This document shows positions 54,906 to 64,000 of a stretch of 64,000 nucleotides of DNA, in pieces. Numbering within the stretch: the stretch's first letter is position 1; each line of letters begins with the position of its first letter. The DNA is from an uncultured Actinomycetota bacterium (GTDB lineage Bacteria > Actinomycetota > Actinomycetes > JAFAQI01), in the NCBI GenBank assembly GCA_963770565.1, contig CAVYQE010000002.1:768001-832000 (forward strand), read 5' to 3'. Both the position numbers and the translations under genes were made by a program. Below the pieces are notes generated by a model. The model was not told the origin of the DNA. It saw nothing but the letters and a program-made list of their open reading frames with translations, and made no database searches.

Positions 54906-54994
54906 CGCCAAGCAATGTCACATTGCCCAGGTCTTCGTGGGGGTGATGTGACATTGCCCCGGTGATTGTGGGGGTGATGTGACATTGCTTGGCG
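54906..54994. repeat. Palindromic REP-like element with internal 31-bp tandem units
   Basis: 18-bp IR CGCCAAGCAATGTCACAT / ATGTGACATTGCTTGGCG; units 54920-54950 and 54951-54981. Confidence 0.8.
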
Positions 54995-54997
54995 GGG

Positions 54998-56281
54998 TCA
55001 GGCACCTCGGGTGACGTGCTCCGAGGCGCCGTACGCCGTCGCGGTCGCGAGGTAGCCGGCTGACAGCACGATCAACGTGATGAGCGACCGTCCGTTCGTC
55101 GGCAGCACGAAGGCGGCGAGGAACGCGGCGGCGACGAAGCTGATGTTGAAGATCGTGTCGTAGAGCGAGAACACCCGGCCGCGGTATTCGTCCTCGATCG
55201 TGGTCTGCACCAGGGTGTCGACGCAGACCTTGGTGGCCTGGGTGGCAAAGCCAAGGGCGAGTGCGGATACGAGCAGCAGTGCCATCGAGAACGGCGCGCC
55301 GAAGGCGAGTTGCGTCACGGCCGCACCGGCTGTGACGGCGACGATCCACCGCTGCTTGCCGATCCGGGTGGTGACCCACGGCGTGACTGCAGCCGCGAGG
55401 ACGAGGCCGACTCCGGCTGCGGTGACACCCTGACCGACCCCGACCAGGCCGGCCCGCAGTATGCCGTGACTGTGGAACGAGTTGCGATACAGCAGCAGCG
55501 CCATGATCGACCACAGCCCGAACATGAAGCGCTGCGCGAAGATCACCGCGAGCGCTCGCGCCGCCGTCGGTCGTTGCCATAGGTGGTGGGCTCCCGAGGC
55601 GAGGCCGCGCACGATCCCGGCCAGCTGCGCGCGGAGCGGATCGGTGTTCGGCGGGTGTGGCCCGAGCGCGTCGGCCGGAAGGCGGCTCGCGACGAGCGCG
55701 GCCATCATGTAGCCGGCCGCGGCTGCCAGCGCGGCCAACGCGTCACCGTGGTCGCCGCCGCCGCCGGCCGCACGCAGTCCGAGTCCGATCCCGGCACCGG
55801 CGATTGTGACGACCGTGCCCGACGTCGGGCTGATCGCGTTCGCGAGCAGCAACCGTTCGGCCGACACGACGCTGGGGAGCGCAGCCGACAACGCGGCGAG
55901 ATAGAAGCGGTTGACCGCGAGCGCGGCGAGTGCGGTCAGCGCGAAGACCGGCCCACTCGGGCCGTGTGCGACGAGCGCGACTGCGGTCGCCACCACCAGA
56001 ACGGAGCGAACCGCGGCGCCGTACACGAGGACCCGTTGCCGTCGCCAACGGTCGAGCAGCACGCCGGCGAACGGCCCGATCAGGCTGTAGGGGAGCAGCA
56101 GGATCACGAAGCCGGCCGCGACCTGTTCGGGTCCGGTGTGGTGCTCCGGGTTGAACAGCACCGCGCCGGCGAGGCTGGTCTGGAAGAGCCCGTCGGACGT
56201 CTGCGACGTCAGCCGCGTGGCGAGCAGCGTGACGAAGCGACGCTCGCCGAACAACCGTCGTAGCGCATCGGCCCGGCGCAC
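54998..56281 (-). CDS. MFS transporter (Rv0037c-like)
   Basis: SQTSDGLFQ, LPYSLIGPFAGVLLDRW.R, YRGRVFSLYD. Confidence 0.88.
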   Translation of the reverse strand: MRRADALRRLFGERRFVTLLATRLTSQTSDGLFQTSLAGAVLFNPEHHTGPEQVAAGFVILLLPYSLIGPFAGVLLDRWRRQRVLVYGAAVRSVLVVATAVALVAHGPSGPVFALTALAALAVNRFYLAALSAALPSVVSAERLLLANAISPTSGTVVTIAGAGIGLGLRAAGGGGDHGDALAALAAAAGYMMAALVASRLPADALGPHPPNTDPLRAQLAGIVRGLASGAHHLWQRPTAARALAVIFAQRFMFGLWSIMALLLYRNSFHSHGILRAGLVGVGQGVTAAGVGLVLAAAVTPWVTTRIGKQRWIVAVTAGAAVTQLAFGAPFSMALLLVSALALGFATQATKVCVDTLVQTTIEDEYRGRVFSLYDTIFNISFVAAAFLAAFVLPTNGRSLITLIVLSAGYLATATAYGASEHVTRGA

Positions 56282-56325
56282 CGGGTGGTCGTCGGGTCCG
56301 GTGACCGCGACCCGGGTGGGGCTTG

Positions 56326-57402
56326 CTACTCGGTCTCGCCCTTGATGAATGCCTCGACCGACTCGCGCGCCTCGTCGTCGCTGTACTGCACTGGCGGCGA
56401 CTTCATGAAGTACGACGACGCCGACAGCACCGGACCACCGATGCCGCGGTCCTTCGCGATCTTCGCGGCCCGGATCGCGTCGATGATGACGCCGGCCGAG
56501 TTGGGGGAGTCGTGCACCTCGAGCTTGTATTCGAGGTTGAGCGGAGTGTCACCGAACGAGCGGCCCTCGAGCCGGACGTAGGCCCACTTGCGGTCGTCGA
56601 GCCACGGCACGTGGTCGGACGGGCCGATGTGCACGTCGGCGCCGCGCATCTCGTGCGGGATCTGCGAGGTGACCGACTGGGTCTTGGAGATCTTCTTCGA
56701 CTGCAAACGCTTGCGCTCCAACATGTTCTTGAAGTCCATGTTGCCGCCGAAGTTCAGCTGGTAGGTCCGCAGCAGCTCCACGCCGCGGTCCTCGAAGAGC
56801 TTCGCGAGCACGCGGTGGGTGATCGTCGCGCCGACCTGGCTCTTGATGTCGTCGCCGATGATCGGGACACCGGCGTCGGCGAACTTCTTCGCCCAGGTCG
56901 GGTCGCTGGCGATGAAGACCGGCAGTGCGTTGACGAACGCCACGCCGGCGTCGATCGCGCACTGCGCGTAGAAGCGGTCCGCTTCCTCGCTGCCGACCGG
57001 CAGGTAGGACACCATCACGTCGACCTTCGCGTCGGTCAGGACTTGCACGACGTCGACCGGCTCGTCGTCGGACTCCTCGACCAGCTCGCGGTAGAAATCG
57101 CCGAGGCCGTCGTAGGTGTGGCCGCGCTGCACGATGACGTCGGTCGGCGGCACGTCGGCGATGTGAACGGTGTTGTTCTCACTCGCGACGATCGCCTCGG
57201 ACAGGTCCCGCCCGACCTTCTTGCCATCGACGTCGAAGGCGGCGACGAACTCCACGTCACGGACGTGGTAGCCGCCGAAGTCGACGTGCATCAAACCGGG
57301 CACGCGCGCATCCGGGTTGGCGTTCTTGTAGAACTCGACGCCTTGGACGAGGGACGAGGCGCAGTTGCCCACGCCCACGATGGCGACTCGAATGGAACCC
57401 AT
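56326..57402 (-). CDS. ino1: Myo-inositol-1-phosphate synthase
   Basis: [36 protein letters not shown]. Confidence 0.96.
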   Translation of the reverse strand: MGSIRVAIVGVGNCASSLVQGVEFYKNANPDARVPGLMHVDFGGYHVRDVEFVAAFDVDGKKVGRDLSEAIVASENNTVHIADVPPTDVIVQRGHTYDGLGDFYRELVEESDDEPVDVVQVLTDAKVDVMVSYLPVGSEEADRFYAQCAIDAGVAFVNALPVFIASDPTWAKKFADAGVPIIGDDIKSQVGATITHRVLAKLFEDRGVELLRTYQLNFGGNMDFKNMLERKRLQSKKISKTQSVTSQIPHEMRGADVHIGPSDHVPWLDDRKWAYVRLEGRSFGDTPLNLEYKLEVHDSPNSAGVIIDAIRAAKIAKDRGIGGPVLSASSYFMKSPPVQYSDDEARESVEAFIKGETE

Positions 57403-58031
57403 CAGCGGTTGTCTCCTTCAGTTGCGGAACTCGGCCTTGCGGCGGTCGGCGTTTTCACGGCCGGTGACGCCCGGTGTGCCCGGACGGCCACCCCGTCTCG
57501 TTCGGTGGCGATCAATTCGTTGAGCCAGCGCACTTCGCGCTCGACCGATTCGAGGCCGTGGCGCTGGAGTTCGAGGGTGTAGCGGTCGAGCTTCTCGCGG
57601 GTGCTCAGCATCGAGCTGGCGTTCTCCTGCCGTTCCTCGAGCCGGCTGCGCCGGCCTTCGAGGATCCGCAGCCGGACGTCGGCGTCGATCTGGGAGAAGA
57701 ACGCGAACCTGACCCCGAACGCCTCGTCGTCCCAGGTCGAGGGACCGCCTTCGGCGAGCTGCTCCTGGAGCCGCTCCTTGCCTTCGGCGGTGAGCTTGTA
57801 GACGTGCTTCTTGCGGCGGCCGGGCCCGGACTCGCTGGCCGAGTCGTCGGTGGTGATGTAGCCAGCCGCCTGCAGCCCGCTCAGGCAGGGGTAGAGACTG
57901 CCGTAGGAGATCCGTGAACGGACCGGGCCGAGGACCGCGCGCAGCCGCTTGCTCAGCTCGTAGCCGTGCAGCGGCGATTCGTGCAACAGACCGAGTACGG
58001 CGAGGTCGAGCACGCCGGACTTTCGGCTCAC
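57402..58031 (-). CDS. PadR-family regulator (Rv0047c-like)
   Basis: [32 protein letters not shown]; GTG 58031. Confidence 0.9.
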   Translation of the reverse strand: MSRKSGVLDLAVLGLLHESPLHGYELSKRLRAVLGPVRSRISYGSLYPCLSGLQAAGYITTDDSASESGPGRRKKHVYKLTAEGKERLQEQLAEGGPSTWDDEAFGVRFAFFSQIDADVRLRILEGRRSRLEERQENASSMLSTREKLDRYTLELQRHGLESVEREVRWLNELIATERDGVAVRAHRASPAVKTPTAARPSSATEGDNR

Positions 58032-58076
58032 GATCGCTCTCCTCGGCTGGGTCTGGGCGGTTCTGGTGGTGCTGTG

Positions 58077-58099
58077 CGATGTATCGAGTGGATACATCG
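58077..58099. promoter_or_regulatory. Palindromic operator upstream of padR-ino1
   Basis: CGATGTATC-N5-GATACATCG. Confidence 0.65.
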
Positions 58100-58221
58100 T
58101 GGAAACTACCGTCCAGATGTCCAGAACGCAAACACCGGGTGTCCAGATCTGGTCGACCGGCCCGGAATTGAGCGCGAGATCTTCAGCATTTGTCCGGTAC
58201 GGGCGGCGTACGCTGACGCCC

Positions 58222-58665
58222 GTGTTGACCCAGCGCACCCTGGTGGACGGCGCGAATGCACGCTGCGTCGTCGACTACTCGCTGGCCAGGCGAGCCACCC
58301 TCGACGGGCTGCGCGCCGGTCGGATCCGGCCGGAGGACGCCTGCGACGCCCAGGTCTACCTGCGCCGGGCGGCGCGCTACCACGGTCAGCCGAGCACTCA
58401 GCCCTGCCCGGTCTGCCAGGCCGAGCCGCTGGTGCTGGTGAGCTACGCCTTCGGCGAGTGCTTTCCCAGCGGTGGCAACGGCCGGGCCCGGGCCCGCAAG
58501 GAGCTTCGCGAGCTCGAGCAGGTGCTGCCGGAGTTCTCGGTCTTCGTCGTGGAGGTCTGCCTCGGCTGCGGCTGGAACTACCTGCTGACCTCCTATGTCC
58601 TTGGCACCGGTGAGTCGGTGTCGCGCCGCCGGCGGTCCGGCTCGAGCTCGGGGTCGCGCGCGTGA
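58222..58665 (+). CDS. DUF5318 family protein (Rv0049-like)
   Basis: VVDYSLARRA, CDA..YL.RAA..HG, CPVC, VVEVC..CGWN; start uncertain. Confidence 0.85.
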   Translation: MLTQRTLVDGANARCVVDYSLARRATLDGLRAGRIRPEDACDAQVYLRRAARYHGQPSTQPCPVCQAEPLVLVSYAFGECFPSGGNGRARARKELRELEQVLPEFSVFVVEVCLGCGWNYLLTSYVLGTGESVSRRRRSGSSSGSRA

Positions 58666-60806
58666 AGTTCGCGGATATCGCGCCACGTCCGAAGCAGGTG
58701 TTGTGGGGTCTCGGTGGTGCGGTGGTGGTGTTCGGCGTACTCGCCGCTCTTGCCTATTCCCGCACGACGATCCCGAACCCGAGCGCGATCGCGTCCGCGC
58801 AGATCACGACGATCTACTTCAGCGACGGGCACACCGTTCTCGCCCGGCTCGGCGCGACGAACCGGACCGATGTCCCACTCTCCGAGATCCCGATCGATGT
58901 CCAACACGCCGTGCTGGCCGCCGAGGACCGGCACTTCTACTCCGAGCCGGGAGTCTCGCCGACCGGGATCGTGCGCGCGCTGTCGGTCGATCTGCGCGGC
59001 GGTGACATCACCCAGGGCGGGTCGACGATCACCCAGCAGTACGTCAAGAACGCCTACCTGAGCCCGCACCGGTCGCTGACCCGCAAGCTCAAAGAGATCC
59101 TGATCGCGACCAAGCTCGGTCAGACCCGGTCCAAGGACACGATCCTTGACGACTACCTCAACACGATCTACTTCGGCCGCAACGCATACGGGATCCAGGC
59201 CGCGGCGGAGGCGTACTTCCCCGGCGTGCACAAGGTCTCGCAGCTGACGACGGCGCAGGGCGCGTTGCTCGCGGCGGTCGTCCGCGGCCCGAGCCTCTAC
59301 GACCCGCAGATCAACGCGACGACCCGGGCGAACGCGATCGCGCGCTGGCACTACGTGGTCAACGGGATGGTGAGCCAGGGCTGGCTCAGTGCCGCCGAGG
59401 CCGCGACGCTGAAGTTCCCGACGACCAGAAAGCTGGCGGACCTCGTGTCGGCGCAGTGCGCCGGGTCGAACTGCTACATCCGCGACGCGGTCGAGCACGA
59501 GCTCACGACTTCGGACGGGTTGACCCAGAGCCAGCTCGACCTGGGCGGCTACAAGATCGTGACCACGATCGACAAGACCGCTCAGCAGAGTCTGCGCAAG
59601 GCGGAGCGGGCGCTCCTGCCGGCCAACAATCACGGCACTCCGCAGAGCGGGGCCGCCTCGATCGTGCCCGGCACCGGCGCGATCGAGGCGTTGTACGGCG
59701 GCCACCGCTATTGCCACGACCCGACCCAGAACAAGGACGCGTGCATCGACTTGTCGGGCGCGACCGGGCAGTGGGCGCGACCACCTGGGTCGTCGTTCAA
59801 GGCGTTCACCTTGCTGGCCGCGCTGCAGAAGGGCATCTCGCTCAACCAGACGTTCAACGGCCCGCCGGTCGTCACCGTCGACGGCACCCAGATCCACAAC
59901 TCCTCACCGGGCGAGTCCTGTTTCGGATGCAGCCTGGTCAAGGCGTTCGCGGAGTCGATCAACACGATCTTCGTTCCGCTGGCCCAGCAGGTCGGTCCGC
60001 AGAACGTGGTGAACGCGGCGTACACGGCCGGTATCCCGAAGAGCCGCAACCTGGCCGCCGTCCCGGACATCTCACTCGGTCCGGACTCGGTGTCGCCGCT
60101 CGACCTTGCCGACGCGTACGCGACGATCGCCGCGGACGGGGTCTATGCCAAGCCCTACCTCGTGACGTCCGTGCGGACCAGCAGTGGCCAGCAGGTCTAC
60201 AAGGCCGATCCGCAACCGAAGCAGGTGCTGTCGAAGGCGGTCGTGTCGGATGAGATCTACGCGATGACCAAGGTGCTCGGACCCGGCGGGACCGCTTTCG
60301 GCCGGTCACTCACCGGCCGGCCGGCGGCCGGCAAGACCGGAACCACGGACAACAACACCAACGCGTGGTTCACCGGTTTCACCCCGCAGCTGTGCACATC
60401 GGTGTGGATCGGCAACGTCGACCCGACCCAAACCGTCGAAGGTGCCGGGATCGGCGAGGTCTTCGGCGGTACGCTCCCGGCCGAGATCTGGCAACAGATG
60501 ATGGATGGCGCACTGGTCGGTAAGGCGGTGCTCCAGTTCCCGAAGGCGGCCAACGTGGGCACGACGAAACCGACCTCGAGTCCGTCCAAGTCACCGTCCC
60601 CGACGGCGACCGCGACGGTGACAGTGACGCCGACGATCACCCCCACGATCACCCCGACGATCACGCCCACGACGCCGACCAGCACTCCGACGACGACACC
60701 GACCGGCACCCCGACCGCGAGCTCGACGGCGACGGCCGCGGCGACCGCCGAGGGACCCGCCGCCACCGCAGCCGACCGCGTTCGCCGACGGCATCGTCGG
60801 CACTGA
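58662..60806 (+). CDS. ponA1: Class A PBP (transglycosylase/transpeptidase) PonA1
   Basis: AAEDRHFY, GGSTITQQYVKN, YLNTIYFGR, GSSFK, SIN, KTG; Thr/Pro tail. Confidence 0.93.
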   Translation: MKFADIAPRPKQVLWGLGGAVVVFGVLAALAYSRTTIPNPSAIASAQITTIYFSDGHTVLARLGATNRTDVPLSEIPIDVQHAVLAAEDRHFYSEPGVSPTGIVRALSVDLRGGDITQGGSTITQQYVKNAYLSPHRSLTRKLKEILIATKLGQTRSKDTILDDYLNTIYFGRNAYGIQAAAEAYFPGVHKVSQLTTAQGALLAAVVRGPSLYDPQINATTRANAIARWHYVVNGMVSQGWLSAAEAATLKFPTTRKLADLVSAQCAGSNCYIRDAVEHELTTSDGLTQSQLDLGGYKIVTTIDKTAQQSLRKAERALLPANNHGTPQSGAASIVPGTGAIEALYGGHRYCHDPTQNKDACIDLSGATGQWARPPGSSFKAFTLLAALQKGISLNQTFNGPPVVTVDGTQIHNSSPGESCFGCSLVKAFAESINTIFVPLAQQVGPQNVVNAAYTAGIPKSRNLAAVPDISLGPDSVSPLDLADAYATIAADGVYAKPYLVTSVRTSSGQQVYKADPQPKQVLSKAVVSDEIYAMTKVLGPGGTAFGRSLTGRPAAGKTGTTDNNTNAWFTGFTPQLCTSVWIGNVDPTQTVEGAGIGEVFGGTLPAEIWQQMMDGALVGKAVLQFPKAANVGTTKPTSSPSKSPSPTATATVTVTPTITPTITPTITPTTPTSTPTTTPTGTPTASSTATAAATAEGPAATAADRVRRRHRRH

Positions 60807-60821
60807 CTCGGCCAGCTCTCG

Positions 60822-62375
60822 ATGCCGCCGCCCGCGCGTGCCCGTCACCGTCGGATCGAACAGCTTGAACCGGTGCTCCCGCCGACGCACGACGACCCGG
60901 TGGTGGCCGGTGCCAGCCGGCTGATCGGTGGGCGACGGGGCCTGCACGCCGACGGCCCGACCTCATGGTGGTGGACACCGGTCCGGGTCGCGCTCGGTCT
61001 GACCATCCTGGTCTCCGTCTTCGGCTACCTGCAGAAGACTGACTGTTTCGGCGCCGGCGGCTACGCCAACGAGCACCAGTACAGCCGGCTGTGTTACGCC
61101 GATACCTACGCGTTGTACGTCGACGAAGGCCTCAACGCCCGGACGAACAGCGCCGGCGCCGTGACCGGCCGGGTCTCGGTGCCCTACCGCGACCACCCGG
61201 TCGAATACCCGCCGGTCATGGGCGGCCTGATGTGGGCCGCTGCGGAGCTCACGGCGTTCGTGCATCCGGGCGAGAACGCCGACATTGGGGGATCGCACGA
61301 CCAGACCTTCTTCAACCTGACCGCACTGGGCCTCGCGATCTGCGCGCTGATCTCGACCTGGACGGTCGCCCAGCTGGCCGGTCGGCGGCGGGCGTGGGAC
61401 GCGGTCATGGTGGCCGCCTCGCCGGCGCTGTTCATGTACGCGTTCACGAACTGGGACCTGGCCGCGGTGGCGTTGACCGGGCTCGGGCTGTGGGCCTGGA
61501 GTCGCGGCTCTCCGGTGTGGGCCGGGCTGTTGCTCGGCGTGGGGATCTCGACCAAGCTCTACCCGCTGTTCGTCCTGATCGCGCTGGTCATGCTGTGTGC
61601 GCGCGCCGGTCTGTGGCGGGCCGCGGCGAAGGCGGTGGGCGGCGCGGTCGCCGGCATCATCGTCTGTTACGTGCCGGCGATCCTGATCTCCAAGTCGTTC
61701 CTGTTCCCGAACTCGACCTGTCCGACCGCACACGAGCTGTCAGGCTGGCGATGGTTCCTCTCGCTGAGCCAGACCCGGGGGGCGGACTGGGGCAGCGTCT
61801 GGCTGGTCGCCCAGCACCTGTTCCGCGGCGATTTCATCGGCCATGCGCTCAACGCCCAGCCGGCCTGTGGGTCCTCGCCCACCACGCTGAACGTCGTGTC
61901 CTCGACCTGCGTCCTGCTCGTCATCGCCGGCGTCGGCGCTCTGGTGGCGATGGCGCCCCGCCGGCCGCGGGTCGGTCAGGTGGCGTTCCTGCTGGTGGCG
62001 GGATTCGTGATGCTCAACAAGGTTGACTCGCCGCAGTACGCGCTCTGGCTGGTGCCGCTTGCGGTGCTGGCCCGGCCGCGCTGGGCCTCGTTGCTGATCT
62101 GGCAGGCCACCGAGGTGCTGCTCGGGGCCGCGAACCTCTACACCCTGATCGCACTCGACCACTCCGACCAGGGACTGCCGATGGCGACGTACCTGATCAC
62201 GATCGTGATCCGGGACGTCGTCCTGACCGGCCTGCTGGCGCTGGTCGTGCGCGACATCCTCGTCCCGCGGGGTGACGTCGTACGCCGCGACGGGGTCGAT
62301 GATCCGGCCGGTGGGCTGCTCGACGGCGCCCCGGACGCCCGGCTCGACATGCTGATACCGGAGCACGTGGGCTGA
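60822..62375 (+). CDS. GT87 family membrane glycosyltransferase (Rv0051-like)
   Basis: CYAD, EYPP, NWDL, KLYP, NKV.SPQY.LWL. Confidence 0.88.
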   Translation: MPPPARARHRRIEQLEPVLPPTHDDPVVAGASRLIGGRRGLHADGPTSWWWTPVRVALGLTILVSVFGYLQKTDCFGAGGYANEHQYSRLCYADTYALYVDEGLNARTNSAGAVTGRVSVPYRDHPVEYPPVMGGLMWAAAELTAFVHPGENADIGGSHDQTFFNLTALGLAICALISTWTVAQLAGRRRAWDAVMVAASPALFMYAFTNWDLAAVALTGLGLWAWSRGSPVWAGLLLGVGISTKLYPLFVLIALVMLCARAGLWRAAAKAVGGAVAGIIVCYVPAILISKSFLFPNSTCPTAHELSGWRWFLSLSQTRGADWGSVWLVAQHLFRGDFIGHALNAQPACGSSPTTLNVVSSTCVLLVIAGVGALVAMAPRRPRVGQVAFLLVAGFVMLNKVDSPQYALWLVPLAVLARPRWASLLIWQATEVLLGAANLYTLIALDHSDQGLPMATYLITIVIRDVVLTGLLALVVRDILVPRGDVVRRDGVDDPAGGLLDGAPDARLDMLIPEHVG

Positions 62376-62471
62376 GCCGACCCGGCTGTGGACGACGACC
62401 GGGAGTGTCGTTCGTGGCCGTTACTGTCGTGCTGGACCACTGCTAGCCTGGGCGGCGCTCGACGCAGAGCA

Positions 62472-62581
62472 GCCTCCTGTCACGACGTGACGGCGCTGAA
62501 CCCGCTTCCCGCTCGTTCAGTGCATCTCGTCGTGGCCGCCTCGTCACCACCGCGGTGACGTGCACAGAGTCCAAAGGAGGT
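62472..62581 (+). ncRNA. S6:S18 ribosomal protein leader (expanded)
   Basis: GCCTCCT pairs with SD AGGAGGT; GTCACGACG/CGTCGTGGC stem followed by CCG; GAGTCCA before SD; TAGCCT -10 at 62444. Confidence 0.65.
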
Positions 62582-62592
62582 GGGTTGCCCGC

Positions 62593-62883
62593 ATGCGTCA
62601 TTACGAACTGATGGTCATCCTCGATCCAGACCTCGAGGAACGCACCGTCGCCCCGTCGCTCGACCAGTTCCTCGGCGTGGTCCGCCAAGGTGGCGGCACC
62701 GTCGAGAAGGTCGACGTGTGGGGTCGGCGCCGGCTGGCCTACGAGATCTCGCACAAGGTCGAGGGCATCTACGCGATCCTCGACGTCACCGCCGAGCCCG
62801 CGACCGTCAAGGAGCTCGATCGCCAGCTCAACCTCAACGAATCAGTGCTGCGCACCAAGGTGCTGCGGCCGGACACGAAGTAG
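62593..62883 (+). CDS. rpsF: 30S ribosomal protein S6
   Basis: [22 protein letters not shown]. Confidence 0.97.
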   Translation: MRHYELMVILDPDLEERTVAPSLDQFLGVVRQGGGTVEKVDVWGRRRLAYEISHKVEGIYAILDVTAEPATVKELDRQLNLNESVLRTKVLRPDTK

Positions 62884-62892
62884 GACCGGGCC

Positions 62893-63381
62893 ATGGCAGC
62901 AGGCGACACGACCATCACGCTGATCGGCAACCTCGTCGACGACCCCGAGCTGCGGTTCACGCCGTCGGGTGCGGCGGTAGCGAAGTTCCGGATCGCATCG
63001 ACGCCTCGATTCCTGGACAAGACCACCAACGAGTGGAAGGACGGCGAGAGCCTGTTCCTGTCGTGCAACGTCTGGCGGCAGGCGGCCGAGAACGTCGCCG
63101 AGTCGCTGCAGCGCGGCATGCGGGTGATCGTCTCGGGCCGGCTCAAGCAGCGCTCGTACGAGACCAAAGAGGGCGAGAAGCGCACGGTCTACGAGGTCGA
63201 GGTCGACGAGGTCGGCCCGTCCTTGCGCAATGCGACCGCGAAGGTCGTGAAGGCCCAGCGCAGCGGCGGTGGGTCCTACTCCGGTTCCTCGGGCGGATCG
63301 GCCGGCGCGGCCCCGGCCGGGGACGACCCGTGGGCCACCCCGGCCTCCGGCGGCGGGCTCACCGACGAGCCGCCGTTCTGA
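62893..63381 (+). CDS. ssb: Single-stranded DNA-binding protein
   Basis: [28 protein letters not shown] tail. Confidence 0.97.
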   Translation: MAAGDTTITLIGNLVDDPELRFTPSGAAVAKFRIASTPRFLDKTTNEWKDGESLFLSCNVWRQAAENVAESLQRGMRVIVSGRLKQRSYETKEGEKRTVYEVEVDEVGPSLRNATAKVVKAQRSGGGSYSGSSGGSAGAAPAGDDPWATPASGGGLTDEPPF

Positions 63382-63457
63382 TCTGTCGCCGCTGAGGCGC
63401 GTTCCCCACCCGACCATCCCCTCGTGCTGAGGGGCTCGCACCGACTGGAGCACCACG

Positions 63458-63694
63458 ATGGCCAAGCCTGTCGTTCGAAAGCTGAAGAAGAAGGTCTGTC
63501 AGTTCTGCAAGGACAAGACCGCCTACATCGACTACAAGGACACCAACCTGCTGCGGAAGTTCATCTCCGACCGCGGCAAGATCCGGGCCCGCCGGGTGAC
63601 CGGCAACTGCTCGCAGCACCAGCGCGACATCGCGATCGCGGTCAAGAACAGCCGCGAGATGGCGCTGCTTCCCTACACCAGCACGGCGCGCTGA
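63458..63694 (+). CDS. rpsR: 30S ribosomal protein S18 (Zn-binding form)
   Basis: [25 protein letters not shown]. Confidence 0.97.
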   Translation: MAKPVVRKLKKKVCQFCKDKTAYIDYKDTNLLRKFISDRGKIRARRVTGNCSQHQRDIAIAVKNSREMALLPYTSTAR

Positions 63695-63705
63695 GGGGCA
63701 CTGAG

Positions 63706-64000
63706 ATGAAACTGATTCTCACTCAGCAGGTCACCGGCCTCGGTGAGCCGGGTGACGTGGTCGAGGTGAAGGACGGCTACGGCCGCAACTTCCTCGTCCC
63801 GCGCGGCCTCGCGATGCGCTGGACCAAGGGCGGCGAGAGCCAGGTCGCGGCGCTTCGCCGTGGCCGCGAGGTCCACGACATCCGCTCCTTGAGCGAGGCC
63901 CGCGAGCTTGCCGGCCAGCTTGCCGCGTTGCAGGTCACGCTGGCTTCGCGCGCCGGTGCCGGTGGCCGGCTGTTCGGCTCGGTGACCACCGCCGACGTCG
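63706..64000 (+). CDS. rplI: 50S ribosomal protein L9 (3' truncated by window)
   Basis: [32 protein letters not shown]...GRLFGSVT. Confidence 0.96.
   Translation, partial: MKLILTQQVTGLGEPGDVVEVKDGYGRNFLVPRGLAMRWTKGGESQVAALRRGREVHDIRSLSEARELAGQLAALQVTLASRAGAGGRLFGSVTTADV

Noticed and set aside
60590-60760. Thr/Pro codon repeats in the ponA1 tail (similar linkers in pstP, pknB, yidC)
   Set aside because: Ordinary low-complexity linkers

Overview
High-GC actinobacterial chromosome segment spanning the replication origin; synteny suggests a Frankiales/Acidothermales/Mycobacteriales-like organism (inference). Core order: fhaA(partial)-fhaB-pstP-rodA-pbpA-pknB, trpG/pabA, acyl-CoA ligase, crgA, thiolase, rhomboid, ppiA, tRNA-Ala/tRNA-Ile, gyrA-gyrB-dciA-recF-gnd-dnaN-oriC-dnaA, rpmH-rnpA-yidD-yidC-jag-rsmG-parA-parB, cwlM-trxA-trxB-anti-sigma-sigM-pseudokinase, murJ-DUF6049-NUDIX, CCA enzyme, ino1-padR, ponA1, rpsF-ssb-rpsR-rplI. 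The main accessory feature is a ~9.2 kb integrative mobilizable element (15341-24533) in the 3' end of tRNA-Ala(TGC), bounded by an exact 48-bp direct repeat. It encodes a tyrosine integrase, excisionase, XRE repressor, VapBC, a MobF relaxase-helicase and two cargo genes (one a low-GC TagC/phage receptor-binding-like propeller). Most unusual signals: (1) a second att-like site built on a tRNA-Gly(CCC) 3' half with its own arm-type repeats just inside the element; (2) an 18-bp motif shared between the att sites and oriC; (3) perfect DnaA boxes outside oriC; (4) a sigma28-like promoter before a Tad-like/NlpC-P60 pair inserted after murJ; (5) a strand-specific tandem-GA hairpin between gnd and dnaN; (6) a codon-usage shift across gyrA. 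All calls come from reading the sequence by eye; no searches were run.
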